IMG/VR virus record: IMGVR_UViG_3300042892_003562
Coordinates: 1 to 64,000 of that record
Reading direction: 5' to 3' (one strand)
Source of the DNA: a virus
Length of the DNA: 64,000 bases
The translations under genes and the position numbers were made by a program. The notes below the pieces were generated by a model. It was not told the origin of the DNA. It did not search any database and saw only the letters and a program-made list of their open reading frames with translations. Positions 39,301 to 46,443 of the stretch are shown here, in pieces. Every line of letters starts with the position of its first letter. Position 1 is the first letter of the stretch.

Positions 39301-40757
39301 TCGCCCGTGTCACCACCGACGGCTTCACCAAGTTCGGAGCCAAGATAACCACCCGCTGTTCCTCCTGCCACAACACCGACACTTTTCGCCCCGGCAACCG
39401 CCACGCCACGGGCCGCGCCAGCCATGGTCAGCCCCTTGATCCCGCCCTTCACCAGTCCGCCAGCTCCAAAGGTGGTCATCATCGACGCAACCTGTCCGGC
39501 CATGTCATAAATCCCCTTGTTGGTGAAATCCATTCCAAGCACCTTGTAGTGCTCCGTGCCGCCCATGCCCTCGAAAGCATTGTCACCCACGCGAGACGAG
39601 TCCGCCGCGTATTGGGTGATGGCGTCGTTACCTCCAAAGAAAGAAGCTCCAAGCAACGCAGCTCCGGCACCCGTCGAACGGTTGGCCGACCAGAACGCGT
39701 TGTTCAACTTGTCGAGCATCCCATACTGGTCCTTGTCGAAAAGCTCCGGGTTCTGCTCGATGAACGAATACATGTCGCCTCCCGGCGCGTCCATGTGCCT
39801 TTGGAACTTGGAGTGGATGTCCTGACGGTCCATGCCAACCAAGTCCTTCACCTCACCACCGACGTAGTTCAGGACAGGCGCAAGAACGCCGCCCTTCTTC
39901 GCGTCAAACGCGAACGCCTCGGCATCAGCAGCCTCAGTGATGAACTGCGAGTCCATCTTGTTCACCGAGTCCCGAAGATTGATCTTCATCATCTTCTTGT
40001 CGGCGGCGGAGATGTCCTGTTCATCAATCGCGGCAAGCAATCCCGGCATGTCGGAAAGCTTCTTGAGGTTGGGAATCTTCCTGCCAGCCACGTCCCAGAT
40101 GTAGGCGTTCTGGTCCATCTTTGCCGGATCAAACTCCTCCATCTGCTTTCTCTGGTCGAAGGCCGAGCGCATCCGCTCGTTGTCCTTGTCCATCCGGGCC
40201 GGTGAGTCAGCGCTCAAACCCTCGTTGTGGTGGTCGACGTAGGCGTCGAAACTCATCTCGGGAGTCTTGCCCTCGATGTCCACCGCCTGAATCTGTTCCT
40301 TCACCTTGTCATAGTCCTTAAACTGGTCGGGCTGCTTCTCTCTCTTCTGGGTGAGGAATCCTGAAAGCCCTTCAGCTTCAACGAGTTTGCCTTCAATCGG
40401 ATCAAACTCCGTGCCGCCAGTCTCGTGACGCGCAGCCACTTCAAGGAAACTCCGGCTGCGATCAAGATAGTCGCGACCATCCGTGGTGTAGTTGCCGGAG
40501 GCGTCAAACAATGGCTTGTCCACTTCCTCGCCAGCAGCGTTCACCCCCTTCACCGTCCGGGTCTTGTCCTGCTCCAACGCTTCCGTCATCTTAACGAACG
40601 CCCGTGGTGCCGCCTTGACACGCTCCTCCACCGACGCGTTGCGCCACTTGTCCGCGCCGACAATCCCCGCAGGGCTGGTGAAGTCATAAGGAACCGGAGC
40701 CGCTGGCTCCAACTCTTCAAATGAACTGGAGCCGTCGAATCCGTAATTGAGTTCCAT
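24297..40757 (-). CDS. giant (5486 aa) polyvalent internal-virion/DNA-ejection protein with an embedded PD-(D/E)XK nuclease
   Basis: Last gene of the virion operon; Gly/Ala-rich hydrophobic N-terminal segments; nuclease motifs at about 36960-37580; degenerate zincin-like motif at about 35160-35550. Confidence 0.75.
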   Translation of the reverse strand: MELNYGFDGSSSFEELEPAAPVPYDFTSPAGIVGADKWRNASVEERVKAAPRAFVKMTEALEQDKTRTVKGVNAAGEEVDKPLFDASGNYTTDGRDYLDRSRSFLEVAARHETGGTEFDPIEGKLVEAEGLSGFLTQKREKQPDQFKDYDKVKEQIQAVDIEGKTPEMSFDAYVDHHNEGLSADSPARMDKDNERMRSAFDQRKQMEEFDPAKMDQNAYIWDVAGRKIPNLKKLSDMPGLLAAIDEQDISAADKKMMKINLRDSVNKMDSQFITEAADAEAFAFDAKKGGVLAPVLNYVGGEVKDLVGMDRQDIHSKFQRHMDAPGGDMYSFIEQNPELFDKDQYGMLDKLNNAFWSANRSTGAGAALLGASFFGGNDAITQYAADSSRVGDNAFEGMGGTEHYKVLGMDFTNKGIYDMAGQVASMMTTFGAGGLVKGGIKGLTMAGAARGVAVAGAKSVGVVAGGTAGGYLGSELGEAVGGDTGEMVGGIVGGVIGGGLGLKGVGALQGTGAATAMGRQITISEKAMKQAMTELAPNTLKNFGIKAIKDPSAYIGALQAGGMSFGSTYNQVFDKTGDAEEAYHQAGMKGLADGAAAFIATAAFNRIAPGLEKGMSGVEGGLSGSIFKHLKFNKAMKSAVSQDAQKAAIETLEGLAAEGSELRKALAPALRETINRAARANGLKGYGPAVGMGAEFMEETFDTALSDVFLAVLDDSKTWKGEVWDNIGDKFSEYMAAGVMGAFGGGLGESGGMVVETAGAFRKKNRDTRVREIKEFAEVIWKDIKENNSDASAEMLGIKAASGAPVVSVANYMADESIPVEKRAKVLSQHAVSGFARRLEPSATTPVERAQKAQEKARNTPPDPKTVHAQEMTDHLGPAPKDKDGNDMEWNPEMRDPKRDLTHNFTVGGETFTMKSVAVKGETSMGAVLTNSKGETKVLSPSEATAQLKAADPISPMKALGSEAKIRKGMLKSFGNFDSSQTTNYARPIQSRTDSGANPKVPTPGKEGVGDPPSPERVVDSEASGPSKVVPTSGPEPLAPVKGLVKRTPTGNEDFDSAFKPERISFDEENHIYEADGDVKPSVTTLMKKHPHFQRKSTAAGALAAEEGTAFHAEVEKEFKGEPTGLGDKVKEIIKGLKKRASGPVVTEGAFATKKYAGMVDGLIPKANGKWILVDTKTASEEASYQNYNNGYTEKKAPFRKRASKAMSHKVQMKAYVEALKVSGIEVDEVIIIHVPLDNPENAFEESIEMSSDPLDQANQYYEGIFGPAEKLDDFSPAKEAPSATPAAETKKPTPPDEDQTETDDEAQAENEGDVLTEGASEETTPEAPAAVRDVLGRKPHQKAAMVDEALQELWDDGVAVVVGDDETSAREEYGIPANQRVLLISESEIKNAADVRKAVRKFKEKPTNVLDAQPDTANDKPGEEDPLFLDPSTPKFYVDLSTMDVEDEFGGVWSKDDKSQIYYKPAKGKTLPIGVNAVVEIAGDPDHVLVLTEEADGVYYFRQIDVKVIGDAMRKNDTVLLGKLNSNWNRNRLTEAGKAIEPMLKDLLGKGPIDPAAFRKMIENVLQVVAPGSNPAAINWDAKMEKGFFFNVTRETSNGTSFDEAQLDDNLKRDANGDLLIDMIKKVVSRTVYEDADPETGIRVAKKNPDGTQVKEKVRTLVAHYVQLSGRRVPVDGYVAPTRTQKAKETVTSQLKINLDKDAFVANLRSIFKGYDATRGELYDSFVSNEVARQIAAFVDEEQTHFVAMSEFTDEEIINSFSDFVELSEDLDKGGNVRQRFVNDVFQRVAAQRVKGKKIEDFDDADKYLVASETLRALNQILTSGVSTEQQTTDSKRLLIALNEDFSNKETSNPWKTVVELLKRYMQKIKRMAHLRYMMGQLPTSLNRMIRQQETAYVKTNLRGDVDQIKEKGLEEAVERFQRSREMTKKAIGSVAMKHNEVMVEIRDIAGKLGMSLDDMIVLDYKQGAIRLRTSEDKDGLDVRGMIGRYYPGTDLNDLDKALGDLNEEGALSLVQRDLGYAWQQLEWARANTPNFLSVLEEGSEPDKLKVWSQLVASAPLMDNGSRFIKQKEDELAAMFNADRITLHNANVDMLQALENIDLGKVSDSIKATKAANALGYEVAMDDARLVHRLDVLSGMSPLVESPRTTAEAWLVGLRRHAADMAMDDDALLEGKSLLLGSNALLPIQSILFPNTKPTNLENTKRLNLQEDLAAFKLAVMTEEQQERIGRANLTDEQQESLAKLNTAKEIEMYLSGESRSDGSQALLKARRLRAEAAINKPFAEEEMVKFNAYMQALDQYNETNRRVVDLVLGSESLDSTNFGLRFQSLVYAKFDARDAEEMEAYVKAKMDGRPLFFDPEQGLDDIMPTSDSESSYGVNYYPAIFQVLNKDGADRLRYHVDRPGVPFIPEMVPSSDGMSMVEKPYDKSKVFTLERNATAKDVLLNRHVASNMAAIGTNYQMQWQKMLTEIGVNEELAQRYEGSFGFNTPPIENDEFNATTYEELESILPNIPYGKYFIDFLNGKTRLKSMTRQAFFDSAGIPEMIKHDSGETARVNQATISSTTEYDEETFADYFQKLRNWATKLQESTDPKKILGNIGGMQTLAGRLSSRIHQRATEALQLINEQEARFLKLHFDVVSSGLSGKALAESISAIYNSQSHQVLDASVRSLRNEARWARGAVKRFVRSRPNVTREVTQTSRDAGMVAYSDFFEQARKSHIDYPTLHNGLWNINYFAKSRTSAISATFGIDLYEKFRRISFSKEDGELVVGGPNWVWSDVPVFERDSKGDVVFEEMFEKRSVGKNGQEFTELVSSSHPDYQAGMPVAVTYRTEAVNGVETRRLVPVRQPKVQLDSNGEMLVVRKQIHVDMDPSEAIAYAIADKDNSGNFPLASQMGTQGSTVQETRDGRASEDSRRSKAQRAQVTTDLQRQLQNKRLTEAALLVGLNLDGGLLSSNESAADAPRQFLRDLVALEDDPRGYDAFIRKAIRGLFGVTKESELSPLVEMYHNYASSRGVEEIQQEESYEDDEVIPKEVLPIKPVQGSFDMFGDAIHQEALAKWEKETARINAQNAPGAATTRTVTKTRTVTRMGVVPSDTRKSVATEINPFELMESLIEFKAKSEMEIIDQARVVEANGNGNDSNKELLTAIRTVVGYALSATNDNESAQGAVFAKDSESIKTSFAATASKMAELGMGDLFAPRKGNGFASQEESNKIALMLQSESRGNKAINLHRGNVFAQYNETGFVSANKAVNLLTQNIPGVLVYRASKSEIDKNQAYFGSRFLPGVDGNPPVLYAAEGSNSADNEAMVSQALAWWGTQSESAALVAPVLQEAAERIRVALSPITHIERFMRAHKGNTDAVSKMLGDYSMSLLEQNPEKLAAMDEAAKETEVEILSGLLREHFATMENLGALSRSEGLMKNGTLSTVRAFDRDDLFDRMGEKGFVESTDTLQSASFDGKTDLSGLKGQQNIITDAMLVAQAMTNPNMKKLLDRFLFGDNLLKSSDLSNATLNEILLANKQMGEDAVEEQDPYAFDNAMETKATPQTDEDSDLAEEQAADDVEKSWMESELEKFLASRVDSTERQEVELDIEPSNEDKELLRSVEPSVSSILQYLRNKNHDISEYGVMDKRMEAVLEEFHRGRGGFEDPAWNGESLPASDAMMINLFVDLIGLAKEHESMRFDARTQMEGMASRRPTPGTQLLSESTSPQARPVVRQNTPKGLRRTQESRLQGREGVPVVTAWHNMMEGRINGRTASTLHHESNRFKSFSGGLLSRVSGVESVIRKEAQRSIDQGTQAWVDNGKGQDKLVIYPRAFADMALTPEVYAEMKNVFPMLEGHEAEARRELQAMKDRKAFIEDRIAFNQSEVDRIEAVMAATPDLFNSQSINLIDEAQREMILQHVLSEADAIYRSNLPAKLAPNRSGYQKLLNQTIGEISTFGKEAAAKTLVRELNEKFDSLENDSKVRPNRQKNTRALLNEMQLSSSLKMEIAERGKVLDASEMNKLRVARQNVELANKELAGLVRIDRNPLKGGFFQRLAHSSVTPWSAGRHVFISGEKGPTGRTESVNATIVLYPAGTTPNFENKMGIEAGLAQLAAKWNATPEGEKDHEFYIMKEALTKSLGQYARHADELYRAVKGDQAYFNDYNPAAIIRQVSDTLTLQERIAEARLTEFKNNFGGVTGSGSQLSPDAIALLAEPGVHSIYSTSNVVEAMKVRDELAQRQTEAERAAPMLEKMVSLQNEKTRLVKLSVDPKFRSGLRGNLEVINNQIKAIETKLADKELFKHPIAGNRNKIKSLQADLARLNAARRVSKYKVPSNFAARKDIIGHLINNGEWIMLGQINAEQDLKNRYHSNSELTPAEKTAKRKGKKITMRDVVLNSLPDTDEPTPQPQTKNRMGFTREWKDGTWTHAFGGARFTPSGTTREQVAKEYSGRHAELLIARANARPGDKVAGFKLAADKKVDVEHVDMKNALSQLSHMVEALVIGYDKLSPSTETNQRGLKEDIAKFLEMLGDDSIVQSDNTAQQVRLFELFERMSARIEGEAALQQLLTGLSTNLSTAELTAMKYLNHHDSRVRIRYRKNYLAQLEAMRLHGILQNGFDMNSGRNGWISQLEAEKKVMAKKHLALGNDSLMQSIPYMIASLEGLKRVRTYSVAANFSMWSNDLKKGVKDLSLYRDAQLASHSKVTDGALKKAAGGVKGFFNDDHINVIRDENMVKELYSIIEDIVDSPFVPKGDKEAYAVQQINEAIERLYAKSEESGVMDAAKDYADYIGDKFKGMTDAAEIMMMAMGHDQKEIEDINPSEAFLAGRLHGQARLISTVPLRYAYATDPSAERLSLEVTPYKADPLHEVGFQEMSLLGGPGRTEKRDKNKKTLVFRPVSLNGISAIEGMLDDTLYRLNVTPVYSSLRNIVGSVQQAGPNQAEIVNSLILGEDEQNADKRLQRVALAGIASEFDNEIANDMQHGVTDTAFSESIQFLSSMYIFKALASFQQWWNQSAPSLLGYGAKKLLSGKWNEAGMMFEAMGQIVTSKSFDKNEPGDYNHDAKEFMLRVAPWSSFRGADGMDQVKTNLRNQTRHGVGNVKKYSGKAAKVTQEWQEKALDLTIAKPERWLSRAIFLTELMAELQWMKSRGLIDGEVPSSITEMIKAENKGRFDIPQEAVEAAQTKLNDHMGVSDKAKKSFFFQNKTSSPTWNALMRSIVRFSNHQASTASNMSAMAPTLWQAERHEIGTLNEAGEDIGGQMTDGGKRAHQNAVENLVGTMVQNSLFHALKIRNLVPILLSVGYMLGGDDEDEAMAKAQEKADSLFNTEGEDNAVLGGIKAMTIGKPGQFFQDWKDPDAAAASAYAGLASSMLSEVLPVAPVAGAVLGLFPVASAFKNSITNSVVQEATAKLTGLESAENKWDKDAVNVWEMESSGLKTAMQLTAPTGVLYDLVAGMNLAYDANETGEVSAFDISLYLAQEILFSTREGRQSSKKVLQEAVWANEP

Positions 40758-40778
40758 TGTTAATGTGTGTTTTTGAAA

Positions 40779-42107
40779 TTAGTCACCGAGGATGTCTTCC
40801 TCTTCATCAAGGTCGAACGCATCAGTGAACTGCTTGTCGAACGCCTTCACGTCGTCGAGAGTCCTAATGTTTTTGAGCAAGGCATTATCCTTATGGTTGG
40901 TCTTGATGAAGTCGAGCGCCTCTTCCCGCTTCATGCCTTTCGCCCGGAGGCGCACGGCCACCTTGGTAATGGCGACACGGTCGGTGGCGTTCTTGATCTC
41001 ACCCATCGACTTGAGGACGCCGATGCGGTCTTTTTCAAGCTCGCGGTTGCGGTCAATCGCCTTCTCTTGTGACTCGCGGTCGCGGTAGTCCTTGTCCACC
41101 TGACCTACCAACGCGCCCATCTTCATCCGGATGCCAGCCATCTCCACCTTGAAGTTTTTCTTCACGGTTGGGTCGGTGATATCGTCCTGACGGCTGACGA
41201 TCTGCTGGAGATTGTCCTGCAACGTCTTGCGCGACAGCATCGCGTTGTAGAGGGTGGAGTGGGCCTTGATGGCAGCTTCGGCATTGGCGTCCTCCTTGGA
41301 ACCGGGAGCATACAAATTCTTGGCCTTTTCATAGGCAGAAGCAATTTGATCGGGAGGAAGATCAAAGCTCAGACTGACACCGCCGGTCTTCTCGATGGAC
41401 CGGATCGACGGTGACAACACCTTCATCGAATGGGTGTTGGCGTCCTCAAGGTAGGCTGAACGGCCAAGACCTCCCATCATCTTGCCCATCTCCCTGACCT
41501 CGCGGGCCATCTCGGGGTCGCTGCCGTAGCGCTCTCCCCACTCCGCCGCCTTCTGCGCCAGATCGGGGAACTTCTCGTTCAAGCTTCCAATGACGGTGGA
41601 AAAGTTGTCGGTGACCTTGGCATCTTCGTCTTCTTGTAAAATCTTCAGGTCATTCTCTAGCATTTTGCCTTTGGAGAATGCGTTCTTAATTCCAAGACGG
41701 GCGGTCTCCTGAAGCATTGGCTTTTGAAGCTCATACTCATCCATCTCATCCGACTCCATCTTCGACTTACGTCCTTTGAAGACGGACTCCGAGGCATTGG
41801 TAAGGGCGTCAGCCGCCTCCTTGATGCGCTTGTTGCCGGGATTGCGCATCTGTAACTGGGCGAGCGCCTTGGCGTTGCCCTCGTAGTCGTCAGGAGCAAT
41901 CCCCATCTTCTTGTACTCCTCGTCGAACGCGTCAAACTGCTGGGATTCTTTCTCCTCATTGGCCGCGTCGCGCTTCATCTTGTCAATCGACAACCCACCT
42001 TGTTCGTTGCGTTGACGCATACTGATCAAGTTCTCCACCGCCAGCGTCTCGGGCAGGACGTTGAAAGCCGAGACGGCGGTGTCGTAATCGGATGAGGAGT
42101 AGGGCAT
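40779..42107 (-). CDS. putative internal virion (ejection) protein
   Basis: Helical, charged 442 aa; position analogous to T7 gp15 (inference from synteny). Confidence 0.5.
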   Translation of the reverse strand: MPYSSSDYDTAVSAFNVLPETLAVENLISMRQRNEQGGLSIDKMKRDAANEEKESQQFDAFDEEYKKMGIAPDDYEGNAKALAQLQMRNPGNKRIKEAADALTNASESVFKGRKSKMESDEMDEYELQKPMLQETARLGIKNAFSKGKMLENDLKILQEDEDAKVTDNFSTVIGSLNEKFPDLAQKAAEWGERYGSDPEMAREVREMGKMMGGLGRSAYLEDANTHSMKVLSPSIRSIEKTGGVSLSFDLPPDQIASAYEKAKNLYAPGSKEDANAEAAIKAHSTLYNAMLSRKTLQDNLQQIVSRQDDITDPTVKKNFKVEMAGIRMKMGALVGQVDKDYRDRESQEKAIDRNRELEKDRIGVLKSMGEIKNATDRVAITKVAVRLRAKGMKREEALDFIKTNHKDNALLKNIRTLDDVKAFDKQFTDAFDLDEEEDILGD

Positions 42108-42133
42108 GGGCGTGTTTAGTCAGGCTAAAGTTA

Positions 42134-43741
42134 TCAGGCGTATCTCTGAAGGAAGTTGGATCGTTCAAGAACGTCGTTAATCGGGGCTTGGTAGGCGGCG
42201 GCACGCTGCTGACGCTTGTTGTCTATGGAGGCTGTTGGCGGAAGCTTTTTTTGATTCTCCTGCTGAAGCTTGTGCTTCAAGGCGTAAGCTGGATCATTGA
42301 GAAGTTTTCTTTCATGATCGGATTTCTTAAAGCTATTCCATGGGTCATTTTTATCTTTGGTTGATTTATTTATAAAGGAATCAAGAACAGCATCCTGACG
42401 ATCCTGATCCGCAAAAGTCTTCCTGAGATGATCTCCGGTTTCTCCGGGTAATGATGTCAATATGTTTTCAACACCGGTTGCTCCTTGGATCAATCCATAA
42501 CCCACGGCATTAACACCTTGATTCACCATTGAGTGTGCTGCCGTACCCAAGAGCCTTCCAGAGGTAGATAAGGCTTCTCCAATATTTGCTCCCATTGCGC
42601 CAACATCACTCCATATAGAGCCAAGGAACCCTTTATCCTCACCCGCACCAATCTTGATTCCATCCAGAATCTCCTTGTCGGACTTCACCCTTGGTTTTTC
42701 AGCAAGGCGCGGGTTGTTCTTTTCCATCTCAGCTTTTCTCACGTCAATAGCCTTGATCTTCTCGGCGTTGGCGGCGAGAAACTTATTAGCTGCGTCATCT
42801 CGCTCAATCGCGGCGGCGGTTTCTGCCTGACGGCTTTTTTCTCGACTCTTATTCTTTTCGGTAAGCGCCCTCAAAGCCTCCAGATTTTCGGGAATGAGAT
42901 AATCCTTGAACCTCTCGTCAAACTCCTTCTTAGCGGCCTGTCCCGCCTGCTTAATGCGCTGAGCAGATGCGGACGGCTCTTTGTTGGAAGTTGGTTGATT
43001 TGTCGGATTGGACTTGGTGATCTGGGCGTTGATCTGGTCCTCGTTAATACCGAGGGTCTTGCCGTATTCGAAAAGACGGTCCGCATCGGGACGGTCCTTG
43101 GCCGGGGTGGTCGCGTAGTTGGCGAGGTCAGATCCAAATTTATTGATCGCCGCGAGCTTGTTGATCGCCGCGAGCTTGCGGTCCGCGTCCGAACCCGCTG
43201 GCTTGCCGTTTCCCGCTCCACCCTGTGCCACAGGAGGCGTCGTAGCGGGGGCTGGGGCACCTTGTCCCGCAGGAGGGGTTGGCGAGCCTCCAGCCCCGAC
43301 CGCAGGCGCAGCAGGAGCACCCGGAGCTGCAGGGGCGGGCTTCTTAGTAACCAAGCCGGTGTCAGCGGGGTTGTTGTCTGGCGTCCGTAGCGGAGGGCTT
43401 GGCATCACCACCTCCGCGCCGTTTGCGACCGCGTCAGCCGAGGTTTGACTCTTCCCCAGCTCGGCTTCAATTTGTTTTTTTCGATTCGCCTCAATCACCT
43501 TGCCCGCCTCGGTGTTCTTCACCCCTGTCTGCCGATCCTGCTCGGCCATTGCTTCCGCGTCATTCACGCCGCCGCTGTCTACGTGGCCGGGCCTTTTACG
43601 TTGATCCGCCAGCATTGCTTCAGCCTGCAGCTCGACCGAGTCACTTTCCCCGGTCGTTTTCCAACGCAGACGGCGATTGCTCGCAGCCTCACCCTTGCGG
43701 TTTCTTTCTGCGTCTTTAGTGGCTTGGTCTTTTTTACCCAT
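42134..43741 (-). CDS. putative internal virion (ejection) protein
   Basis: Low-complexity Pro/Ala linker and Gly-rich amphipathic C-terminal part; synteny. Confidence 0.45.
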   Translation of the reverse strand: MGKKDQATKDAERNRKGEAASNRRLRWKTTGESDSVELQAEAMLADQRKRPGHVDSGGVNDAEAMAEQDRQTGVKNTEAGKVIEANRKKQIEAELGKSQTSADAVANGAEVVMPSPPLRTPDNNPADTGLVTKKPAPAAPGAPAAPAVGAGGSPTPPAGQGAPAPATTPPVAQGGAGNGKPAGSDADRKLAAINKLAAINKFGSDLANYATTPAKDRPDADRLFEYGKTLGINEDQINAQITKSNPTNQPTSNKEPSASAQRIKQAGQAAKKEFDERFKDYLIPENLEALRALTEKNKSREKSRQAETAAAIERDDAANKFLAANAEKIKAIDVRKAEMEKNNPRLAEKPRVKSDKEILDGIKIGAGEDKGFLGSIWSDVGAMGANIGEALSTSGRLLGTAAHSMVNQGVNAVGYGLIQGATGVENILTSLPGETGDHLRKTFADQDRQDAVLDSFINKSTKDKNDPWNSFKKSDHERKLLNDPAYALKHKLQQENQKKLPPTASIDNKRQQRAAAYQAPINDVLERSNFLQRYA

Positions 43742-43760
43742 GGTTTAGTCAGGCTAAAGG

Positions 43761-44417
43761 TTATTGAAATTGTGTTGGCTTCCTCCGCAGGCTGGAATCC
43801 ATCCCCAAATGAAACTTCTTGGGGCCATGAACCTGTCTCTCGCTGAGCTTGATGAACTGGTCGAAGCTCTGCCAATGAGACATCGCCTCCGCGTCGTTGC
43901 CGACGAACTCCGCGCACACCGCCCGGATGGCGCATTTAAGCGCCCCGGAGCTCTCCACGGGGATGATGGAGTCCTCGGTCAATACGGGGGCTTCCAGCTT
44001 CATCAGGACGTAGTAAGGACCGCCCGTGGGAGTAAACCCAAGCGGCATCCGATACTTCCTGACCAAGACGTCCGCCACCGTCACCGTCCCCATGTCCACC
44101 ACCGACAAATCACCACCGTTCACCCCGTTCTTGAACAGGATGGTCTGGTCCATGATCGACCAGCCACGCGACTGGTTCCTCAACCCGATCATCCCGTTGT
44201 AGGTTTGCTCGCTGAAATGGAGGAAGTATTCCACCAAGTCGGCGTCGTAGATGAAATCCTCATCCGCAAGCTCCACCTGCACCGTCGTCCCCGGCCAACG
44301 CCCCATCTCATACACCCGGTCCACCGCCTCTTGGATCGCGTCCTCGATGGTGATGTCCGTGGTGACGAGCGGTCCGAATCGGACGGCGGCTTCGGAGAAT
44401 GTCAAAAGTTTGGCCAT
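43761..44417 (-). CDS. putative head-tail adaptor / tail tubular protein
   Basis: 218 aa, IQEAVDRVYEMGRW N-terminal helix; size and position fit podovirus adaptors. Confidence 0.4.
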   Translation of the reverse strand: MAKLLTFSEAAVRFGPLVTTDITIEDAIQEAVDRVYEMGRWPGTTVQVELADEDFIYDADLVEYFLHFSEQTYNGMIGLRNQSRGWSIMDQTILFKNGVNGGDLSVVDMGTVTVADVLVRKYRMPLGFTPTGGPYYVLMKLEAPVLTEDSIIPVESSGALKCAIRAVCAEFVGNDAEAMSHWQSFDQFIKLSERQVHGPKKFHLGMDSSLRRKPTQFQ

Positions 44418-44493
44418 GGTTTTTCGGGAGAGTATTGATTATCAGGAAAACTTCAAGATCGGAGTGAAATGATTTTATTTAGCCGGGCTAAAG

Positions 44494-46209
44494 TCAATTC
44501 GGAGCCACCGCCACCACCACTTGGGAGGTGCCGAAGCTTTTCATCCAGACTACCGGGGCTGCCGTTGACCCGGAACGAGCTGCTCCAGTGAATGTGGATG
44601 TTCCGGCGGCAATGGCGGTTCGCGCTCCGGGAGCCGCGTCGGTGATGGTCAGGGTGGCTGTTGCGAGCGTGGCGAGAAACGCCGCGTCCGTGTTAATGGC
44701 GTTGAGAATGGCCGTTGCGACAACAGTGTTCGCTGAATTTTTCACAATGACCACGGGCAGCAGACGTCCGCCTGTTGGTTCGGCGGGGGCGGTGCTAGCA
44801 TCAAGCCCCCCGGTCAGCGCACCCGCCCCGGAGACCGATAAACTGCCCGCCGTATTCGCTTCACGGACGAGCGTGATGGCGTTCCCCGCCACACCGGGCG
44901 TATCCGCCACGATTGAAATCACGGTGCCGTTGCTGGTCGAGGAGATTAGAGGGCGTCCCGTTACGAGGGTGTTCAGCTCAGCGATGCTGGAGAACTGGTT
45001 GGCTCCGGGGGCTGTCGCCTTGTAGCCGAAGGTAGTTCCGTTGACGATGACCGCCGTGCGGTTGAGTCCTCCGGTGAGGTTGGCTGCTGCAAACCCACTG
45101 CCACCGTCGGTGAGCGTCTCAATGGTGACAATTTCGATGTTGTAACCAGCGGTGATGGCGGTTACGGTCATTGTGTCGCCAGATCCCGCCGCTGCGGTGG
45201 CTGTCGCGTTGGCGGTGGTTCCGGTGCCATACAGAGTTCCCTCCCCGGTCCCAATACCCGCTCCATCCGTGATAGCGGAAATCAAATTGTCGATGGAGTC
45301 TGTGGCGGCGGCACCTACCAGAACCTCATTGGCCACGAGCGCGATGGCGGTAATTGTTCCGAGAACATCGCCCCCCGAATCAGCAACCACAAGGGTCCCC
45401 GGCAGATCGTAAACGACAGTCACGGTGTTCGTGCTGGCCGAGGAGGTGAGATTGGTCACGGCTTCGACAACCAGTTCGGTAGCCGTGGCCACTTGGGAAT
45501 CAGTGTTCCCTGTGACGATGTCAATCTCATTCAATCCGCCCCCCGGATCGGCAGGGGCACCCGTGCCAGCCGCGTCAATATCATACCAGAACCGCTTGGT
45601 GGAACCGCCGAAAGTGATGTCAAAATACTCGCCTTGGCCGATGTCGGCTGTGGCCTTGCAGACAAAGGATGCCGAGGCGGTGCGGAAAGTGTAGGTTTTC
45701 GTCCCAACCGTAACCGTGTCGCCGGGCGTGGGATTGGCGGCAAGGGTGAGCGTTCCCGTCGCGGCCACCGCTTCGGCAGCAGTTCCGTAGGTGATGCTTC
45801 CGGTAGCCGCTTCCGCCGCCATGTTGAACCACACCCGAACGGGGGCCGCCACGTCAGCGAGATCAAAGTAGAGGCCACTCAGCGAACGGGATGTGTCAGC
45901 CACACAAGTGATGGTGCTGATCTCCCTGCTTTCAAGATTGAGTAGGAGCGCGTCATTAGCGCCGTTCAAGGACAGGGGGTAGGTGCTGCCAGCATTGACG
46001 CTGATGAGCAGATCATTTCCAGACACCAGCTTGAACAGAATTTGGCGCGGATCAGTAATGTCTCCGAGGGAGACCGCTCCGGGCGTGGTCGTGACAGTGA
46101 TGGCGTCGGAGGAAAAGCTCTCTTCAACGGTGGTTCGCATCCGTCCGGAGCTCGCGCTGAGCCCGCTTTCGAGGTGGAAGAGATTAACACTTGATTGGAT
46201 TTGACTCAT
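44494..46209 (-). CDS. virion structural protein with repeated Thr/Ala/Gly-rich beta modules
   Basis: Nested repeats (ATGTLTLAANP.PGDTVTVG.KTYTF; two 'YFDL/I...VWF/Y' modules). Confidence 0.6.
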   Translation of the reverse strand: MSQIQSSVNLFHLESGLSASSGRMRTTVEESFSSDAITVTTTPGAVSLGDITDPRQILFKLVSGNDLLISVNAGSTYPLSLNGANDALLLNLESREISTITCVADTSRSLSGLYFDLADVAAPVRVWFNMAAEAATGSITYGTAAEAVAATGTLTLAANPTPGDTVTVGTKTYTFRTASASFVCKATADIGQGEYFDITFGGSTKRFWYDIDAAGTGAPADPGGGLNEIDIVTGNTDSQVATATELVVEAVTNLTSSASTNTVTVVYDLPGTLVVADSGGDVLGTITAIALVANEVLVGAAATDSIDNLISAITDGAGIGTGEGTLYGTGTTANATATAAAGSGDTMTVTAITAGYNIEIVTIETLTDGGSGFAAANLTGGLNRTAVIVNGTTFGYKATAPGANQFSSIAELNTLVTGRPLISSTSNGTVISIVADTPGVAGNAITLVREANTAGSLSVSGAGALTGGLDASTAPAEPTGGRLLPVVIVKNSANTVVATAILNAINTDAAFLATLATATLTITDAAPGARTAIAAGTSTFTGAARSGSTAAPVVWMKSFGTSQVVVAVAPN

Positions 46210-46221
46210 GGTGGTGGTGGA

Positions 46222-46443
46222 TTAGGGAGTTGGTGGATTGAGTGCAGAGTCGCAGCAGCCGGAGATGCGGCGGACGTTTTGCGGGTGGGTCTTTTCCCGG
46301 CTGGCGAATAGTGCCTCGGCAAACTCCGCGTTGTTGTTTCCCTGCGACACGCACGCGATGCAGTTCATGGTGTGCGGGCTGCCTCCGTAAAGGCCGATGG
46401 CGCAGCGGTCAGACTCGAAATGTTCGCAGGGCGGGCGGTTCAT
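46222..46443 (-). CDS. small Cys-rich protein
   Basis: MNRPPCEHFESDRCAIGLYGG...CIAC...ISGCCD; start ATG 46443. Confidence 0.5.
   Translation of the reverse strand: MNRPPCEHFESDRCAIGLYGGSPHTMNCIACVSQGNNNAEFAEALFASREKTHPQNVRRISGCCDSALNPPTP

Noticed and set aside
24297-40757. Calling the giant ORF a tape measure protein or RNA polymerase
   Set aside because: No tail tube or chaperone genes recognised, no periodic TMP repeats, and no RNAP catalytic motifs found; left as an open question.
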